Positions 48,690 through 63,392 of a stretch of 64,000 bases of DNA are shown here, piece by piece. The DNA comes from Eledone cirrhosa (lineage: Eukaryota), in NCBI GenBank assembly GCA_964016885.1, contig OZ024749.1:6944001-7008000 (forward strand), written 5' to 3'. How positions within the stretch are numbered: the stretch's first letter is position 1; each line of letters starts with the position of its first letter. Below the pieces are notes generated by a model, which made no database searches, was not told the origin of the DNA, and worked only from the letters and a program-made list of their open reading frames with translations. The translations under genes were made by a program, and so were the position numbers.

Positions 48690-51600
48690 ATCATCATCAT
48701 CATCTTACGTCTGCTTTTCCTTGCTTGCAAGGGTTAGACGGGTCCTATTCAGCACAGCGTCTCTCCACTTGTCACGGTCCTTCGTCCTCTCCTCAGTGAG
48801 TTTCAGCGATCTGAGGTCTGCTCTCACCACTTCTGGCCATGTTTTTCTGCGTCTTCCTTCTACCAGGATTTCTTAGCACTTCTTTACCCAGCGGGCATCA
48901 CGTCCATACCATCTCAGCCTTCTCTCCTGCACACCACAATGGAGCATACTTGCTTCATTTCTCTCCAGCCGTTGCATATCTTCTGCAGTTGCTGGCCATA
49001 TCTCACTACCATGCAGCATCGCACATCTCACACAGGCATCATATAACCGTCCTTTCGTATGCAGAGAGAAACACTTCTTTGTCAACAGAGGAAGCAGCTC
49101 CCTAAACTTCTTCCAACCCGTCCTTATTCTAGATACTATGTCCTCGGAGCACCCCCCTCCCATGCTAATCTGATCACCTCGGTACCGGAAGCTATCAACC
49201 ACTTCTATAGAACCCACCTGCATTGGAAAAATGTGTCTATCACTGCGATTACTACTAGCAACTTCCTGTACATCTACTGTATACATAGTTTTCCCTACCT
49301 GTTAGTTTGCCTGCTATCCCACTACATCTCTTGTCTACCCAAGATCTGCATTGCGTACATTTTATGGAATTTATGCCAGTTCCTTTCCTACATATTGAAC
49401 ATGGCCATTTCCCCGATGGAATCAGAGTATTGTCCTCTCTTCTACTTATCAACACTTTTGTTTTAGCTATGTTCACTCTCAGGTCTCTTGATTCCAACTG
49501 CTGTTTCCATAGCCAGAATTTATTCTCTAGCTCCTCTACTGATTCTGCTATAAGAACCAGATCATCAGCATAGAGAAGTTCCCATGGACAGCCAGTCTTA
49601 AACTCCTCTGTTATGGCTTGGAGGATTAAAATGAACAAGAGCAGGCTGAGGACCGAACCCTGATGTACACCTACTTGTATCTGGAATTCCTCACTAAACT
49701 CCATTCCTATTCTCACTTTACTGACAGCACCCCTGTACATAGCTTGCACTGTTCTCACAAGCCATTCCTCTACACCTAGTTTTCTTAGGGACCACCAGAT
49801 GACAGATTGGGGTACCCTATCAAAGGCCTTCTCTAGGTAAAAAAAAGCTAAGTATAGTGGCTTATTCTTCTCCAAGAACCTCTCTTGTAGTTGCCTCACT
49901 AAGAAGAGGGCATCTGTTGTACTTTTCTGAGGCACAAAACCGATCTGCATCTCATCTAGTTTGACCCTTTCTCTAATCAGTTGCGCTAATAGTCTCTCTG
50001 CTACTTTCATAACCTGATCCATCAGCTTTATGCCCCTATAATTGCTCCTCTCTAGAGCATCCCCTTTACCTTTGTAGCAATTTATGAGAATACTGGTGCA
50101 CCAGTCTTTGGGTATGACACCACCATATATAGCTTGATTAATGATGCGTGCAACTAGTTTAGTGCCTACTTCTGATGCCTTCAGCATCTCAGCAACTATC
50201 CCCGACGGTCCAGCAGCCTTACTATTCTTCATTTCCTTAATTGCCTCTTGTACCCTATATTCGTCATCTTAATAGCTGGTCCCTCTGTCGGGTCAACTGG
50301 GGTAATTTCTTTCTGTCCCATTCGTTCTCCACATTCATCAGTCTCTCATAATGACATTTCCAGGCCTCCTTTTTTTGATGATTCGTGACACTAAGTACAC
50401 CGGCATCATTCCGGACACAATTATCTCCAACAACATCCTGATTTGTATTGACACACTGCCTTGCAATGCGGAACACCGCACGTCTCTGATCTTCCCATCA
50501 CAGAAATTTGGCAAATCTCCTACTCTCAGCCTCAGCTGCTAAGTACACTATACGTCTAGCTTCTCTCTTAGTGGCTGTGTATCCCTCTCTACTCCCACTG
50601 TTTTTCCAAGCCTTCCATGCCAGTCTTTTGTCTCTAATGGCCATATCTACCGTGCTGTTCCACCACCAGGTTACTCTCTATCTGGTTGAAGCTCTGCCCC
50701 AACCACAAATTTCTTCAGTAGCCTGCAGTAAGTTGTCATGTAAGAAATTCTAGTTATCATCTGTCATACAACTCTAAATCGTCTTCTTTTTCGTCATATA
50801 CATCTTGAAGGGCTTTGCTAAATTTATATTTTAATGAAAGGTCTTTTAGCTTCCAGACCTTTCTTTTCCACACCTTCCTGTATGTCTCATTCTTCCTCTT
50901 TCTTACTGAGATGTCACTAACGACTAACCTATGCTGTGGGGCACATTCTTCCCCGGGGTATGACTTAGTATTTGACACCATCTGTCTGTCTCACTGTCTA
51001 ACTAGCAGGAAGTCAATCTGGCTTATGTGCTCGCCTGATTTGTAGGTTATTAGGTGATTGGTAGGCTTCTGGAAGTTAGTGTTGCAAATGGTTAGTGCAT
51101 TTGCATCACAAAATTCAAGAAGCCTCACTCCTTCATTTCTTGAACCGTAACCGTGCCCACCATGTACACCAGTATATCCATGCTGGAGCTGTCCAACATA
51201 TCCATTGAAGTCCCCTGCTAGCATAACGATGTCTCTATCCTCTGTCATTGAGGCTGTTTGTAAAAGTTGCTCGTAAAAGCAGTCTTTCTCTTTACCTAGG
51301 CCTGCCTAGGGAGCATAGGCAGAAATGATTGTCAGTAGTTTCCTGCCTACAACTAATCTAAGCTAAATTATTCTATCACTAACTTTACCTCTATTGTCTT
51401 ATTGATCCATCTCTCAGCCAGTAATATGCCCACCCCACCTAAACCATCATCATTACCCACCCAGAAAAGCTTATAACTACGATCTTGCCTGCGATTAGTC
51501 TTGCACACAGCACACATCCACATGCCTTCTGTCCAGCATCTCCGCTATCTCACCAGATCTACCTGTTAGAGTGCCAACATTAAGTGTGGCAACTCTGAGA

Positions 51601-51890
51601 TGCGACGACCCATTCTTTTTCCTGTTGTGCGATTGCCTGATGACGGTCATGGGGTTCTCACACATGGCCTCACTAGCCACCCCACTACTGTGAGCAGCCC
51701 TAACATGGTTAGTGTTATTGCTGTTTATGCAGTTGTTTTTGTGCGCTTGCTTGATGACGGTTGGGGGGGGGGTCGCACATGGCCGCACCAGCCACACCAC
51801 TACCATGCACAGCCCTAACATATTTAGTGTTATTGCTGTTGACGCAGTTGTTGCAATTCTTATTTGTTGTGCTCATAATTTTGGCATTTA
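48690..51890 (-). mobile_element. Near full-length decayed RTE LINE (APE endonuclease, RT, PHD-like insert)
   Basis: LRVATLNVGTL, VDVCCVQ, AGDFNG, SQIDFLL, PQHRLVV, LLYADD; multiple stops and frameshifts; short 3'UTR and (GAT)n. Confidence 0.95.
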
Positions 51891-52217
51891 TTATACTGGT
51901 TGGATGCCCTTCCTAACACCAGCACCCCTTTACAGCATGGACTGGGTGCTTTTATTTGTGCCACCAGCACTAGAGAGGTCGTCTTACTGGACTCAGGGGC
52001 CCTATCCACCCCTCCATACATATATACACACTCTTTCACCTGTTCCAGCCATCCAGCTGAGGCCATGCTGGGACATCTCCCTTATATATATATATATGAG
52101 GTTACAGTTCACTATTTCCATTGGAAGCACGTATAATGGACTAACCTAACCGGTAATATGTTTTTTTCTCCACAATTGATGAAATACTTTAGCCCCATTG
52201 AAACAAGTGTTGATGTA

Positions 52218-52260
<43 letters not shown>

Positions 52261-52267
52261 TAATAAT

Positions 52268-54650
52268 GATTTCATTTATTAGCCACAAGGGCCGACATGT
52301 AGGGGTCAATACAAAGACAGGCACAGTGGGTGTTTACAATAAGGTCGAGTAAAAGTGCACAATGGCAAGACTAATTTAACAATGAAAATATAAAAATATA
52401 ATATAAACTATGCATAAATATAACAAAATAAATTCCCCGATAGGGGGTGGACAACCCTGGGGTGATTCGGGTACCCCACCAATCCTGAACCACCCTGCGC
52501 TTCTAGGGTACCCAGGGAGAGCACCCCTCTCCTCAAGTTAGCCAGCCTATAGGTGCATGGTCAGAGTAGGCCCATTCACACGAGCCATTCTCGCCACATT
52601 CACCCACCTTTTAGCAAATGTACTGGGGGGAAGCACTTCTCTCTCCACCCTCACCCTCTTTTCCAGGTGAAACTTGAAGAAGTTGATGAGGGATTGGCCG
52701 AACAGAAAAGTGTCTGTCTTTAGTCCTTTCAACCTGGTCCACCATATAATCTCTTTCGCAACTGCCACCAGACAGAGGAAAATGTCCTGCTCTTCCTGAC
52801 CTAAGGAAGGTGGTGGCTCGATCTTCACTATGGACTCGGCCGATAGCCGGATTCGTCCCACACGCGACAGTAGCTGTTCGACATAACTCCACAAGTCAGT
52901 AATTCACAGACATTGGACAAGTGCGTGCAGAATGGTTTTGTCGTTCTGTGCGCATCTTGGGCAGGTCCGTCTGACAGCACTTCCGTGCCTGTAGAGTTTA
53001 TCCCAAACCGGCAGTGCCACCCGGTAGCACTGCCAAGCGAGGGATTTCTGGAAATTGTCCATCGTCCCCGGCTCAAAAGTCCTCCAGTACAGACTGGTCA
53101 GTTCGACTTCGTCGAGGCCCAAAGCTTCTCCGAGTGCGTCATCGCACTTGCCCACCACTAATCCTCTATAGAACTCGAGAGTGGAAGTTCCACTGATCGC
53201 ATTGCCCGCTTGGTAGAGGGAAGTGAGTGCCTGGCAACATTCCAGGTGCCAGTCACCCAGTCTCGGTCTCTTCTTGACCCAGGACTGCAGCTCAGTCAAA
53301 GAAATGAGCTGCAGAAGGTCCCGTCTGATAAACGGCGACCACACCTGTTCACCATTGAGGCAGAATATCTGGAGATGTCACAGCCTCAACGCATGTCTGC
53401 GCATCACTAGCCACGGCATGCCCAGCCCTCCGTGTAGAGGGTGCTGGCAGCAGATGGACCGCCTCACCAACGGAACTTGTCCCCTCCACAAGAATTTGAA
53501 GAGGAGCCGTTCCAACTTGGCGAGGCGCGGACGGGGGCAAGGCACGATGGTTAGGCGGTAGTAGATGACGGACGCGATGTACGCATTCGCCACCTCCGTG
53601 CGACCTTTCAGTGATAGCTTCCTCCCAGCCCATTTTTGGGTGAGACTGGCTACTCTGCTCGTTACCTCATCCCAATTCTTTTCCACCTGGAGGTCTGGTC
53701 CGAACCAAACCCCGAGCAACTTTACCGGTCCATCCGTCCAGCGCCCCACGACGCTGTCTGACGGCATGGGCTTGCCTCTCCGGGTTCCGAGCTGCAAGCC
53801 CACCGACTTTTCCGGGTTAAGTTTAGCTCCTGTCAACCTTTCATATTCCTTCAGTAAGGTGCCGACCACCTCGATTTCTGAGGTGTTCGACACCATCACG
53901 GTGATGTCGTCTGCATAAGCCGACACCGCCTTTCCACGTCCCGGTTCGAGCGGGATGCCCTGCAACAGCTTCAGCTTCCGCAGTAAAGGCTCGCGAGTCA
54001 ATACGTACAGAAAGGAAGAGAGAGGGCACCCTTGACGGACCAATCGGGAGAGCCGAAATGGTTCCGAGAGGTGGCCATTAACGTTGACCACCGAGCGTGT
54101 GCCGCTGTGCATTGCAACGATCCAGCTTCTAAAGACAGGGCCGAAGCCAGCTGCTTTAAGGACAAACTCCAGATACCAATGGTTGACCCTATCGAATGCT
54201 TTCGATTGATCTAAATTGATCAGTGCCCCACCGAAACCAGGTTTACACCCTACCCTCTCTATGATGTATCACATGAGGTGGAGATTGTCGTGTATGGACC
54301 TGGCTGGGATTGCGCAAGTTTGCGCCTCCCCAACCAAATCCTCGACGACAAGCACCAATCTCTTTGATAACACCTTGGCCAAAATCTTAAACTCTGTGTT
54401 GAGCAGAGTTATGGGCCTGAAGTTGTCTAATGTATCCCTCTTGTTCTCGTCTTTCCTTATCAGCATCACCACTCCCCTGCTCACAGAACTGGGAATACTC
54501 CCATTCTGCTGCCAGTTGCAGTAGAGTGCTTCGAGGAGTTCGGAGAACAAGTCTGGCATATTTATGTAAAGCTCGTAGGGCAGGCCATCCAAACCGGGTG
54601 ACTTGCGCCTCATGCAGCCGACAAGGGCGTCCTGAATTCGGCTGAAGTAA
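52268..54650 (-). mobile_element. L1/Tx1-group LINE, 5'-truncated, frameshifted
   Basis: KSPGLDGLPYELY, FRPITLLNTEFKILAK, VRQGCPLS, SAYADDIT, GGLGMP, CPRC...H...C; 3' AATAAA then (ATT)n. Confidence 0.93.
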
Positions 54651-54654
54651 CCAA

Positions 54655-54843
54655 TAATAATTGTTTCTACGTTAGGCACAAGGCCAGCAATTACCCAGTG
54701 CATTACTGGTACTTTATTCTATCGACCCCGTAAGAATGAAAGGCAAAGTTAACCTCGGCGGGATTTGAACTCAGAATGGCAAGGGCCGTAACTCTCTACG
54801 TCAAAGCATGGCGTCCAACCCTCTACCAATACTGCCAATCCAT
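54655..54843 (-). mobile_element. SINE family B
   Basis: ttggtagag A box, gagttcaaatcc B box, cctttcattcttacggggtcgatagaataaagtaccag. Confidence 0.88.
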
Positions 54844-54939
54844 CATTATTAATAATAATAATAATAATAATAATCCTTGGCCTCATTGAATTTTGAATTA
54901 TATATATAACAAAGATTAACAAGGATTTTAATTGAAACA

Positions 54940-55020
54940 TTCAATTAATTTACAACCATTTCATTGGTCTGACAAGAATATTCCATTCCTGTTAGAGTAA
55001 CTCTTCAGAATCTATCAATT
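54940..55020 (-). ncRNA. Decayed hammerhead-like motif
   Basis: Minus strand gatagatt-CTGAAGA-long imperfect stem II-GAAAT ggtt GTA-aattaatt. Confidence 0.4.
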
Positions 55021-55173
55021 TCAAATAAATAAATATCTTACATGTTCAAGAATTCCCATGGTGTGGACTATAAGATGACATTCAGCTTAACAAATTTTCT
55101 TTGTCTCTATATGGTTGTATTATCAACTTATTTAAACTATATATATATAGTTTAAATAAGTTAATACAACCAT

Positions 55174-55655
55174 ATCATCAGCATCATCGTTTAAAGTCCA
55201 TCTTCCACGCTAGCATGGGTTTAGACGGGAATTGTCTTACTTGAGGCAAGATTGGTCGGGTGACCATATCTCGCTCGTATAGGACTGTCTGGCAGGCTTT
55301 CTACAGCTGGATGCCCTTTCTAACACCAACCTCATTTACAGTGTGGACTGGGAGGTTTTTACCGTGTTACCTACACAGCCACATTACAGCCTGGACTGTG
55401 TGTCTTTTTGTTGTGACACCTACACAACCTCATTTATTTTGGACTGGATGTCGTGGTACCATCATAACTTTACAGAGAAAGGGTGGTGTTGGTGGGAGTG
55501 GGGGGTGTGGTGGAGCAGAGGTAGTGGGATGGGGTATATATTTGGTTAAGAGATGCCTACTGACTGTAGGTTTCGCTTTGTACATAGGCAAGGCGGGTCT
55601 TCTGTATTACTGCGTAGCGCCAAATATCTCGGTCCAGTGACATTGTCTTAGAGAT
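55174..55655 (-). mobile_element. RTE 3' fragment
   Basis: Similar to 8632-9190. Confidence 0.85.
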
Positions 55656-55658
55656 ATA

Positions 55659-56491
55659 CTAGCAGAATGGCCCGGCATTGCTCGGGATTTGCTCTAGGGT
55701 TCTTATATATTTATCCTTATATATATTTATCCTTCTCGAGCCTCGTGAAGTAAATACGTTTGTTTATATTTTGTTATTGTGTATGCAAAAATATCTGTAC
55801 ACGAATATATAAATAACCGTACGGAATACCTCGGCCTCGGGTTGTGTCTACATTTTAAAATGTTTGTCGTACATTACCAGGACTTTTTTCCGTTCAATAC
55901 TTTATCGCGAAATAAATACTTTTGCTTATATGTGTATGCAAAAATACCTGTACACGAATATATAATTATATATATATATATATATATATATTAAAATAAC
56001 AGATTAAAGTTTAAGCAAAGAATCGCTGCTTTCACCCTTAACGGGATTTTCTGAAGCTAAAATAATAAATCTGTGAACGCAGAAGTAAATATTTTGAAAA
56101 ACGTTACACACTATATATATATACACACACACACACTATATATACATACACAAACACCGCGTCATAATGATGTAATGCAAACAGCCAGTCATGCAGAGAT
56201 ATATTATAAGGGCGCAACGTAATATCTATGTATCTATCTAAAAAGAGAAAGACTAAGAGAGAGCGAAAGAAATCACTAAATCGCCTACTGCAGCCCCTAG
56301 GGCATTGAAAATTTGAAAATTTGAAAATTTGAAAATTTGAAATTTGAAATTTGAAAATTTGAAAATTTTTTGCTCAGAACACTCAATAGGACCATAAGTA
56401 TTACATGTCTAAAGTTTGAAAACAATCGGTTGGGTGGTTCTCGAGCTTTAGTGATTGTATAGACCTTCTCCGTTTTAGTTATATATATAGA
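55659..56491 (-). mobile_element. Non-autonomous Helitron
   Basis: Minus strand 5' TCTATATATATAAC; 3' hairpin CCCGAGCAATGCCGGG then CTAG|T. Confidence 0.8.
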
Positions 56492-56719
56492 GAGAGAGAG
56501 GGAGAGGGGGAGATGGGGAGGAGAGGGGGAGGGGGAGAGGGGGAGGAGAGGGGGAGGGGGTAATGGGGGAGAGGGGGGGGGTAATGGGAGAGGGGGGGGG
56601 GAGAAAGGCACAGAAAGAGAAGATATGCATATGTAAATTTTAATAATTCATATGATGTGCAGACTTATATACACACAGATATGAAACAAGATATACATAT
56701 TATTAACAAAGACATGCAA

Positions 56720-57920
<1,201 letters not shown>

Positions 57921-57928
57921 GAGTGTAC

Positions 57929-58018
57929 TTTTATGTGTATAAATATCAAAGATTATAAGAAGCCGAGAATAGTTTGGAGTTAGAGCCCATCCTATTTCTA
58001 AAGCTATTGTCAATGAAA
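57929..58018 (-). CDS. Candidate host-gene exon (SLTIALEIGWALTPNYSRLLIIFDIYTHK)
   Basis: 90 nt, phase 1 to 1, open frame; weak splice sites (tatatag / gtacac). Confidence 0.3.
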
Positions 58019-58765
58019 CTATATATGTATTATCATATCAAAAGATACCATATGAATATATGGATGGTCACACTTGTACAACTTCAATATTATGCGATAT
58101 CCATGTTATATTCTATTTTAGAAAAGTAGTTAAGAGGTGAATTAATAAAATCTTCATGAATATGACTAAATTTGAAAGAGACCTTTGTGCCAAAAATATA
58201 GAAAAAAAAAAAAAGCTTTTAAAAGCATTTTTCAATCCTTACACTATATTACATGTCCCTTGCAGTTAACCAGTTCACATCTGAGTCATTTGCTTCCCAG
58301 TTCAATTGCACTGCCAGGCAGGTAGGGGTCTTGTACTGTATTGTAGCTTTGGGCTGACACAGGTTTTTTTTTAAAATTTGGTAGTCAGAAACTATGAAGA
58401 AGCCCTTTAGATGGCTGGATTGTGCCTGCTTTTTAGGTGGTAGGCCGAATCTGTTAATCTATCATCCCCTGTTTAACATCACCACATGACCCATGGTTTC
58501 ATTGCATTTGGTAGTTAAATGAATCATTAGCAGTTGTCTCATTGTTGGTTGTTATCTACTTGATTTCTAATGCTTTGGAGGAGAAATTGCTTTCCCCACT
58601 TCAATCACACATACCACACACAGCCAACACTCAATAACTATTATTTCTCCTTGGAGGAGGGTAAATATCTGAGAGTTAAACTTTAGCATTTAAACTGACC
58701 ATTCACACAACCCAATGTCCCTGTTATAAGTGGTGACCCCGAAAAAAAAAAATAATAGGATCTGG

Positions 58766-59224
58766 TGTTGTGTGAATATAAAACGACACTCGGTTGTATG
58801 TACAATGTTTATTTAACAAGGTTGAGTTATGTAGAGCAGAATAGTTTACATGCCAAGAGAGATGAAAGAATGAATTAAAGTTAGTTGTATTACCGTTTTG
58901 AAGTCATCTCGCAAGAGACCAAGTGGTCTTTACATTACCATGTTCAGGTTGCCAGAGGGTAGAGCCTCGGCAAACGCGCCTGGTCGAAGGGCCAGGCAGG
59001 TTAAAAGAGAGGGGAGAGAGCTATAAGCTCTCTCCTTTATAGGGTCCCAGGATGGAAGTGACAAAGAAGGTTCTGCCACCTCAACGGGAAGTAACTCCAG
59101 CTACTTCCTGTCTAGAGAGCACTACTGGTGATAAGGGAGGCAACTCTTGCTACACCATGTATACCAGGGTTACGAGATATATGATCAATCCTACAAACTG
59201 GGAAATCATTAATTTACTACAACA
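58766..59224 (-). mobile_element. Probable solo LTR
   Basis: TGTTGT...ACAACA termini; TATAAA then AATAAA in order on the minus strand; no TSD seen. Confidence 0.5.
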
Positions 59225-59235
59225 CCCTTGATATC

Positions 59236-59555
59236 AATAATTGTTTCTACTTTTGGCACAAGGCCAGCAATTACCCCAGTGCATTACTGGTACTTTATTT
59301 TATCGACCCTGATAAGAATGAAAGGCAAAGTTAACTCCGGTGGGATTTGAACTCAGAATGTAAAGGACCATAACTCTATGCTGCAAAGCATGGCGTCCGC
59401 TCTACCGGTACTGCCAAACCACCGCCCATACTATCAATAATTGTTTCTACTTTTGGCACAAGGCCAGCATTCATCCCAGTGTATTACTGGTACTTTATTC
59501 TCTTGACCCCGTAAGGATGAAAGGCAAAGTTATCCTCGGTGGGATTTGAACTCTG
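59236..59555 (-). mobile_element. Two tandem family B SINE copies
   Basis: Both begin tatcaataattgtttctacttttggcacaaggccagc. Confidence 0.88.
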
Positions 59556-59647
59556 ACACAAAGGGCTGATACAACAAATGTTATACAGCTATCTATACAA
59601 TCTTGAGAATGCTCTGCCCTTATGTTACACACACACACACACATATG

Positions 59648-59682
<35 letters not shown>

Positions 59683-59685
<3 letters not shown>

Positions 59686-60976
59686 TCATCATCATCATCA
59701 TCAACGTTTAACGTCCGTGTTCCACGCTTGCATGGGTTTGGACGGGGGTAGTCCCACTTGAGGCAAGAGTGATTGTCTTGCTCGCATAGGACTGTCTGGC
59801 AGGTTTTCTACAGTTGGATGCCCTTCCTAACACCAACCACATTTACAGTGTGGGTCTGGGAGGTTTTTACCGTGTTGCCTACACGGCCACATTACAGCGT
59901 GGACTGTGTGTTTTTTTGTCGTGACACCTACACGATCTCATTTGTTTCGGCCCGGATGGCGCGGCACCAACATAACTTTACATAGGACGGGGTGGTGTGG
60001 ATGGGGTGGGGGTGGTGGTGGTGGGACGGGGTGTATTTTGTTAGAGATGCCTACTGGCAAGGCGGGTCTTCTCTGTTACTGAGTACCGCCAAAGGTCTCG
60101 GTCCAGTGACATTGTCTTGGAGAGGTGTAAGTGTGTGAGGTCGGAGTTTATCAGCTCGTCTCAGGTTTTTCTAGGTCTGCCTATTCCGTGGCTACCGTCT
60201 ATCTTTATTGCCCTGCACTTTGTTATACAGCTATCGACTTTCATGCGCATCACGTGTCCATACCAACGTAGCCTTCTCTCGAGTAAACAACATCTGATCC
60301 CTCTTATCTCTAATTTTTTCCTTAGTTCGTTTATGCTTTGCCGTTCACGTATATTACTGTTACACATCCAGCGGAGCATGCAAGCTTCGTTCCTCTCTAG
60401 TCTGCGTATATCCTCTGCACACAATGCCCAGGTCTCACTGCCATGCAACATTGCTGTTCGTATGCAGGCATCGTACAACCTGCCTTTCATTTTTAGGGAG
60501 AACCCTTTAGCAGCTAATAGTGGTATAAGCTCTCTGAACTTTTTCCAACCAGTTCTGACTCTAGCTACAGTACTTTCAGAGCACCCTCCCCCACTGCTGA
60601 TTTTATCGCCCAGGTAACGGAAGCTGTTCACTATTTCTATAGAACCCTCTGCGCAATTGAAAGAGCTAGTATTGTGTGGGCACTTGCTGCTACTTATTGC
60701 ACCAGAACACCGGCCACATGTAAAATCTATGTTCTTAGTTAGCTTACCTGTGATCCCACTACATCTTTTATGCACCCATACTTTGCATTTAGGACACAAA
60801 ATGGAGTTTCTACCTACGCCTTTCCTACACACCGAGCACGACCATTTCCCAGAAGGGACCGCCGCCTTGTTTTCTTTCCTACAAACTAGAACTTTGGTCT
60901 TAGCCAGGTTAATTTTAAGTCCTTTTGACTCTAGGCCGTGCTTCCATGTTTGGAATTTCTTCTCTAGCTCGGCCAT
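59683..60976 (-). mobile_element. RTE LINE (subfamily of 27523-29700), heavily 5'-truncated
   Basis: ORF 60161-60976 nearly identical; (CAT)n tail on plus strand; (TA)n on both sides. Confidence 0.96.
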
Positions 60977-61009
<33 letters not shown>

Positions 61010-61134
61010 TATATATATATATGTTATATTCTGTATATCATGTGTTATATGCTATATATATATATGTTACATATTATTTGTTATATATATATATATATGT
61101 TATATTCTATATACTATATATTATGTGTTACATG

Positions 61135-61221
<87 letters not shown>

Positions 61222-61222
<1 letters not shown>

Positions 61223-62078
61223 TAGCAGATGAGCCTGGTTGCACCCGGGGCCACTTTTTATTAAGTTAATAATTTGAAAAATATTATTGAAAGTTTATTA
61301 TATAAAGCAGTTTCAGGAAAAAAAATAGAAATATGCACTTGGGGCTGGACGGCGTACAATGAGAAGTGGAGCTACGTGAAAAGCGTTGTTTATTAACAGC
61401 GAAATAGCAATGTCGATGATATGCAACTTGAAAAATACTACTTACTGTTAGTGGTGGTTAACATGTATTAGAATTAAAATAAAAACACGCAATTTAAGGG
61501 TTTTATTTCTTTTGATGGAAAACTGTGACCGTACTGCAGAATCGATTTCATAAAACGGTACTGTGAAAATGAAACATACTGTAGAAGGCAACAGTTTTTT
61601 AATCTGCATTTTCAAACTTGCATATCATCGACATTGCTATTTCGCTGTTAATAAACAATGCTTTTCATGTCGCTCCACTTCTCATTGTACGCCGTCCAGC
61701 CCCAAGTGCATATTTCTATTTTTTTCTTGAAACTGCTTCTTTATAATAAATTTTCAATAATATTTTTCAAACTATTGGTACTGTATGTTAACAGCGAAAG
61801 AACGTTGATGAGTTTAAAAATTTGTATGAAATTGTAAATAACTCATCCAAGTATTAGAACAGGGGGAAATAACTCACCGAACGCGATAGTAAATAGACCG
61901 TTTGGGGGCCCTAGGGACCACATTTTTCAAGGTAGAGATTTGAAACCTCATCTATTTGCTTCCTTGGCCCTTTTTACATAGGTGTATACATTTTCATGTC
62001 CGTCTGACCACGTCTACTTCCATTTAACCGTGCACATCTGAATTTCAACCACCACCCATTTCACAAATATATATTAGA
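61222..62078 (-). mobile_element. Non-autonomous Helitron with internal ~165-bp inverted repeat
   Basis: Minus strand 5' TCTAATATATAT; 3' hairpin CCCGGGTGCAACCAGG then CTAG|T; IR ~61272-61435 / ~61608-61772. Confidence 0.78.
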
Positions 62079-62641
62079 TATGTTATATTCTATGTGTTAC
62101 ATGTTATATATATATATGTTACATATTATTTGTTATATATACTATATATATATATGTTATATTCTATATACTATATATTATGTGTTACATGTTATATATA
62201 TAAATATATATGTTATATTCTATACATTATATATTATGTGTTTCATGTTATATATGTTACATATTATTTGTTATATGTTATATTCTATACATTATATATT
62301 ATATGTTAGATAATTATATAAAATTACAACAGAAAATACTAGCACAAAAGAAGAGCTGAAAATTATAGGTTTATCTAATAAATTTGAAATTACGGAAAGA
62401 TATATATATATATATATAGATATTCATACATGAATATGTATGAATATCTATACTTACCTATCTATATATATACATACATACACACACACATATATATATA
62501 CATCTATATACGCACATATATATATACACATACAGTTATAGATATATACAAAAAATGGATAATGATGCTGAACTAATTATATGGTGTTTGTCGTGTGATT
62601 TATACCGTTTTACAAGTAAATTTCATGCCACTGTTTATTTC

Positions 62642-63324
62642 TATATTATATATATATATATATGTATATATATACATATATATAAATATTTATATATATA
62701 TATGTATATATATATGTATATATATACATATATATAAATATTTATATATATATATATAAGTATATATATGTAAATATATACATATAAATATTTATAGATA
62801 TACATATGTATATATATGTAAATATATACATATATATAAATATTTATATATATACATATGTATATATATGTATATGTATATACATATGTATATATGTATA
62901 TATATACATGTGTATATGTATATATATACATATGTATATATATATATAAGTATATATATACATATGTATATATATATATAAGTATATATATACATATGTA
63001 TATATATATATTTATATATATACATATGTATATATATGTATATATATACATAAGTATATATATATTTATATATAAATATACATATGTGTATATATGTATA
63101 TATATACATATGTATATATATATATATGTATATATATACATATGTATATATATATATAACTATATATATATGTATATGTATATATATACATATGTCTATA
63201 TATATATGTATATATATATATATAACTATATGAATATATATAACTATATATATATATGAATATATATAACTATATATATATGAATATATATAACTATATA
63301 TATATATATATGAATATATATAAC

Positions 63325-63373
<49 letters not shown>

Positions 63374-63392
63374 TTATATATATGTATATACA
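62642..63392. repeat. Compound (TA)n microsatellite
   Basis: Sequence composition. Confidence 0.97.
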
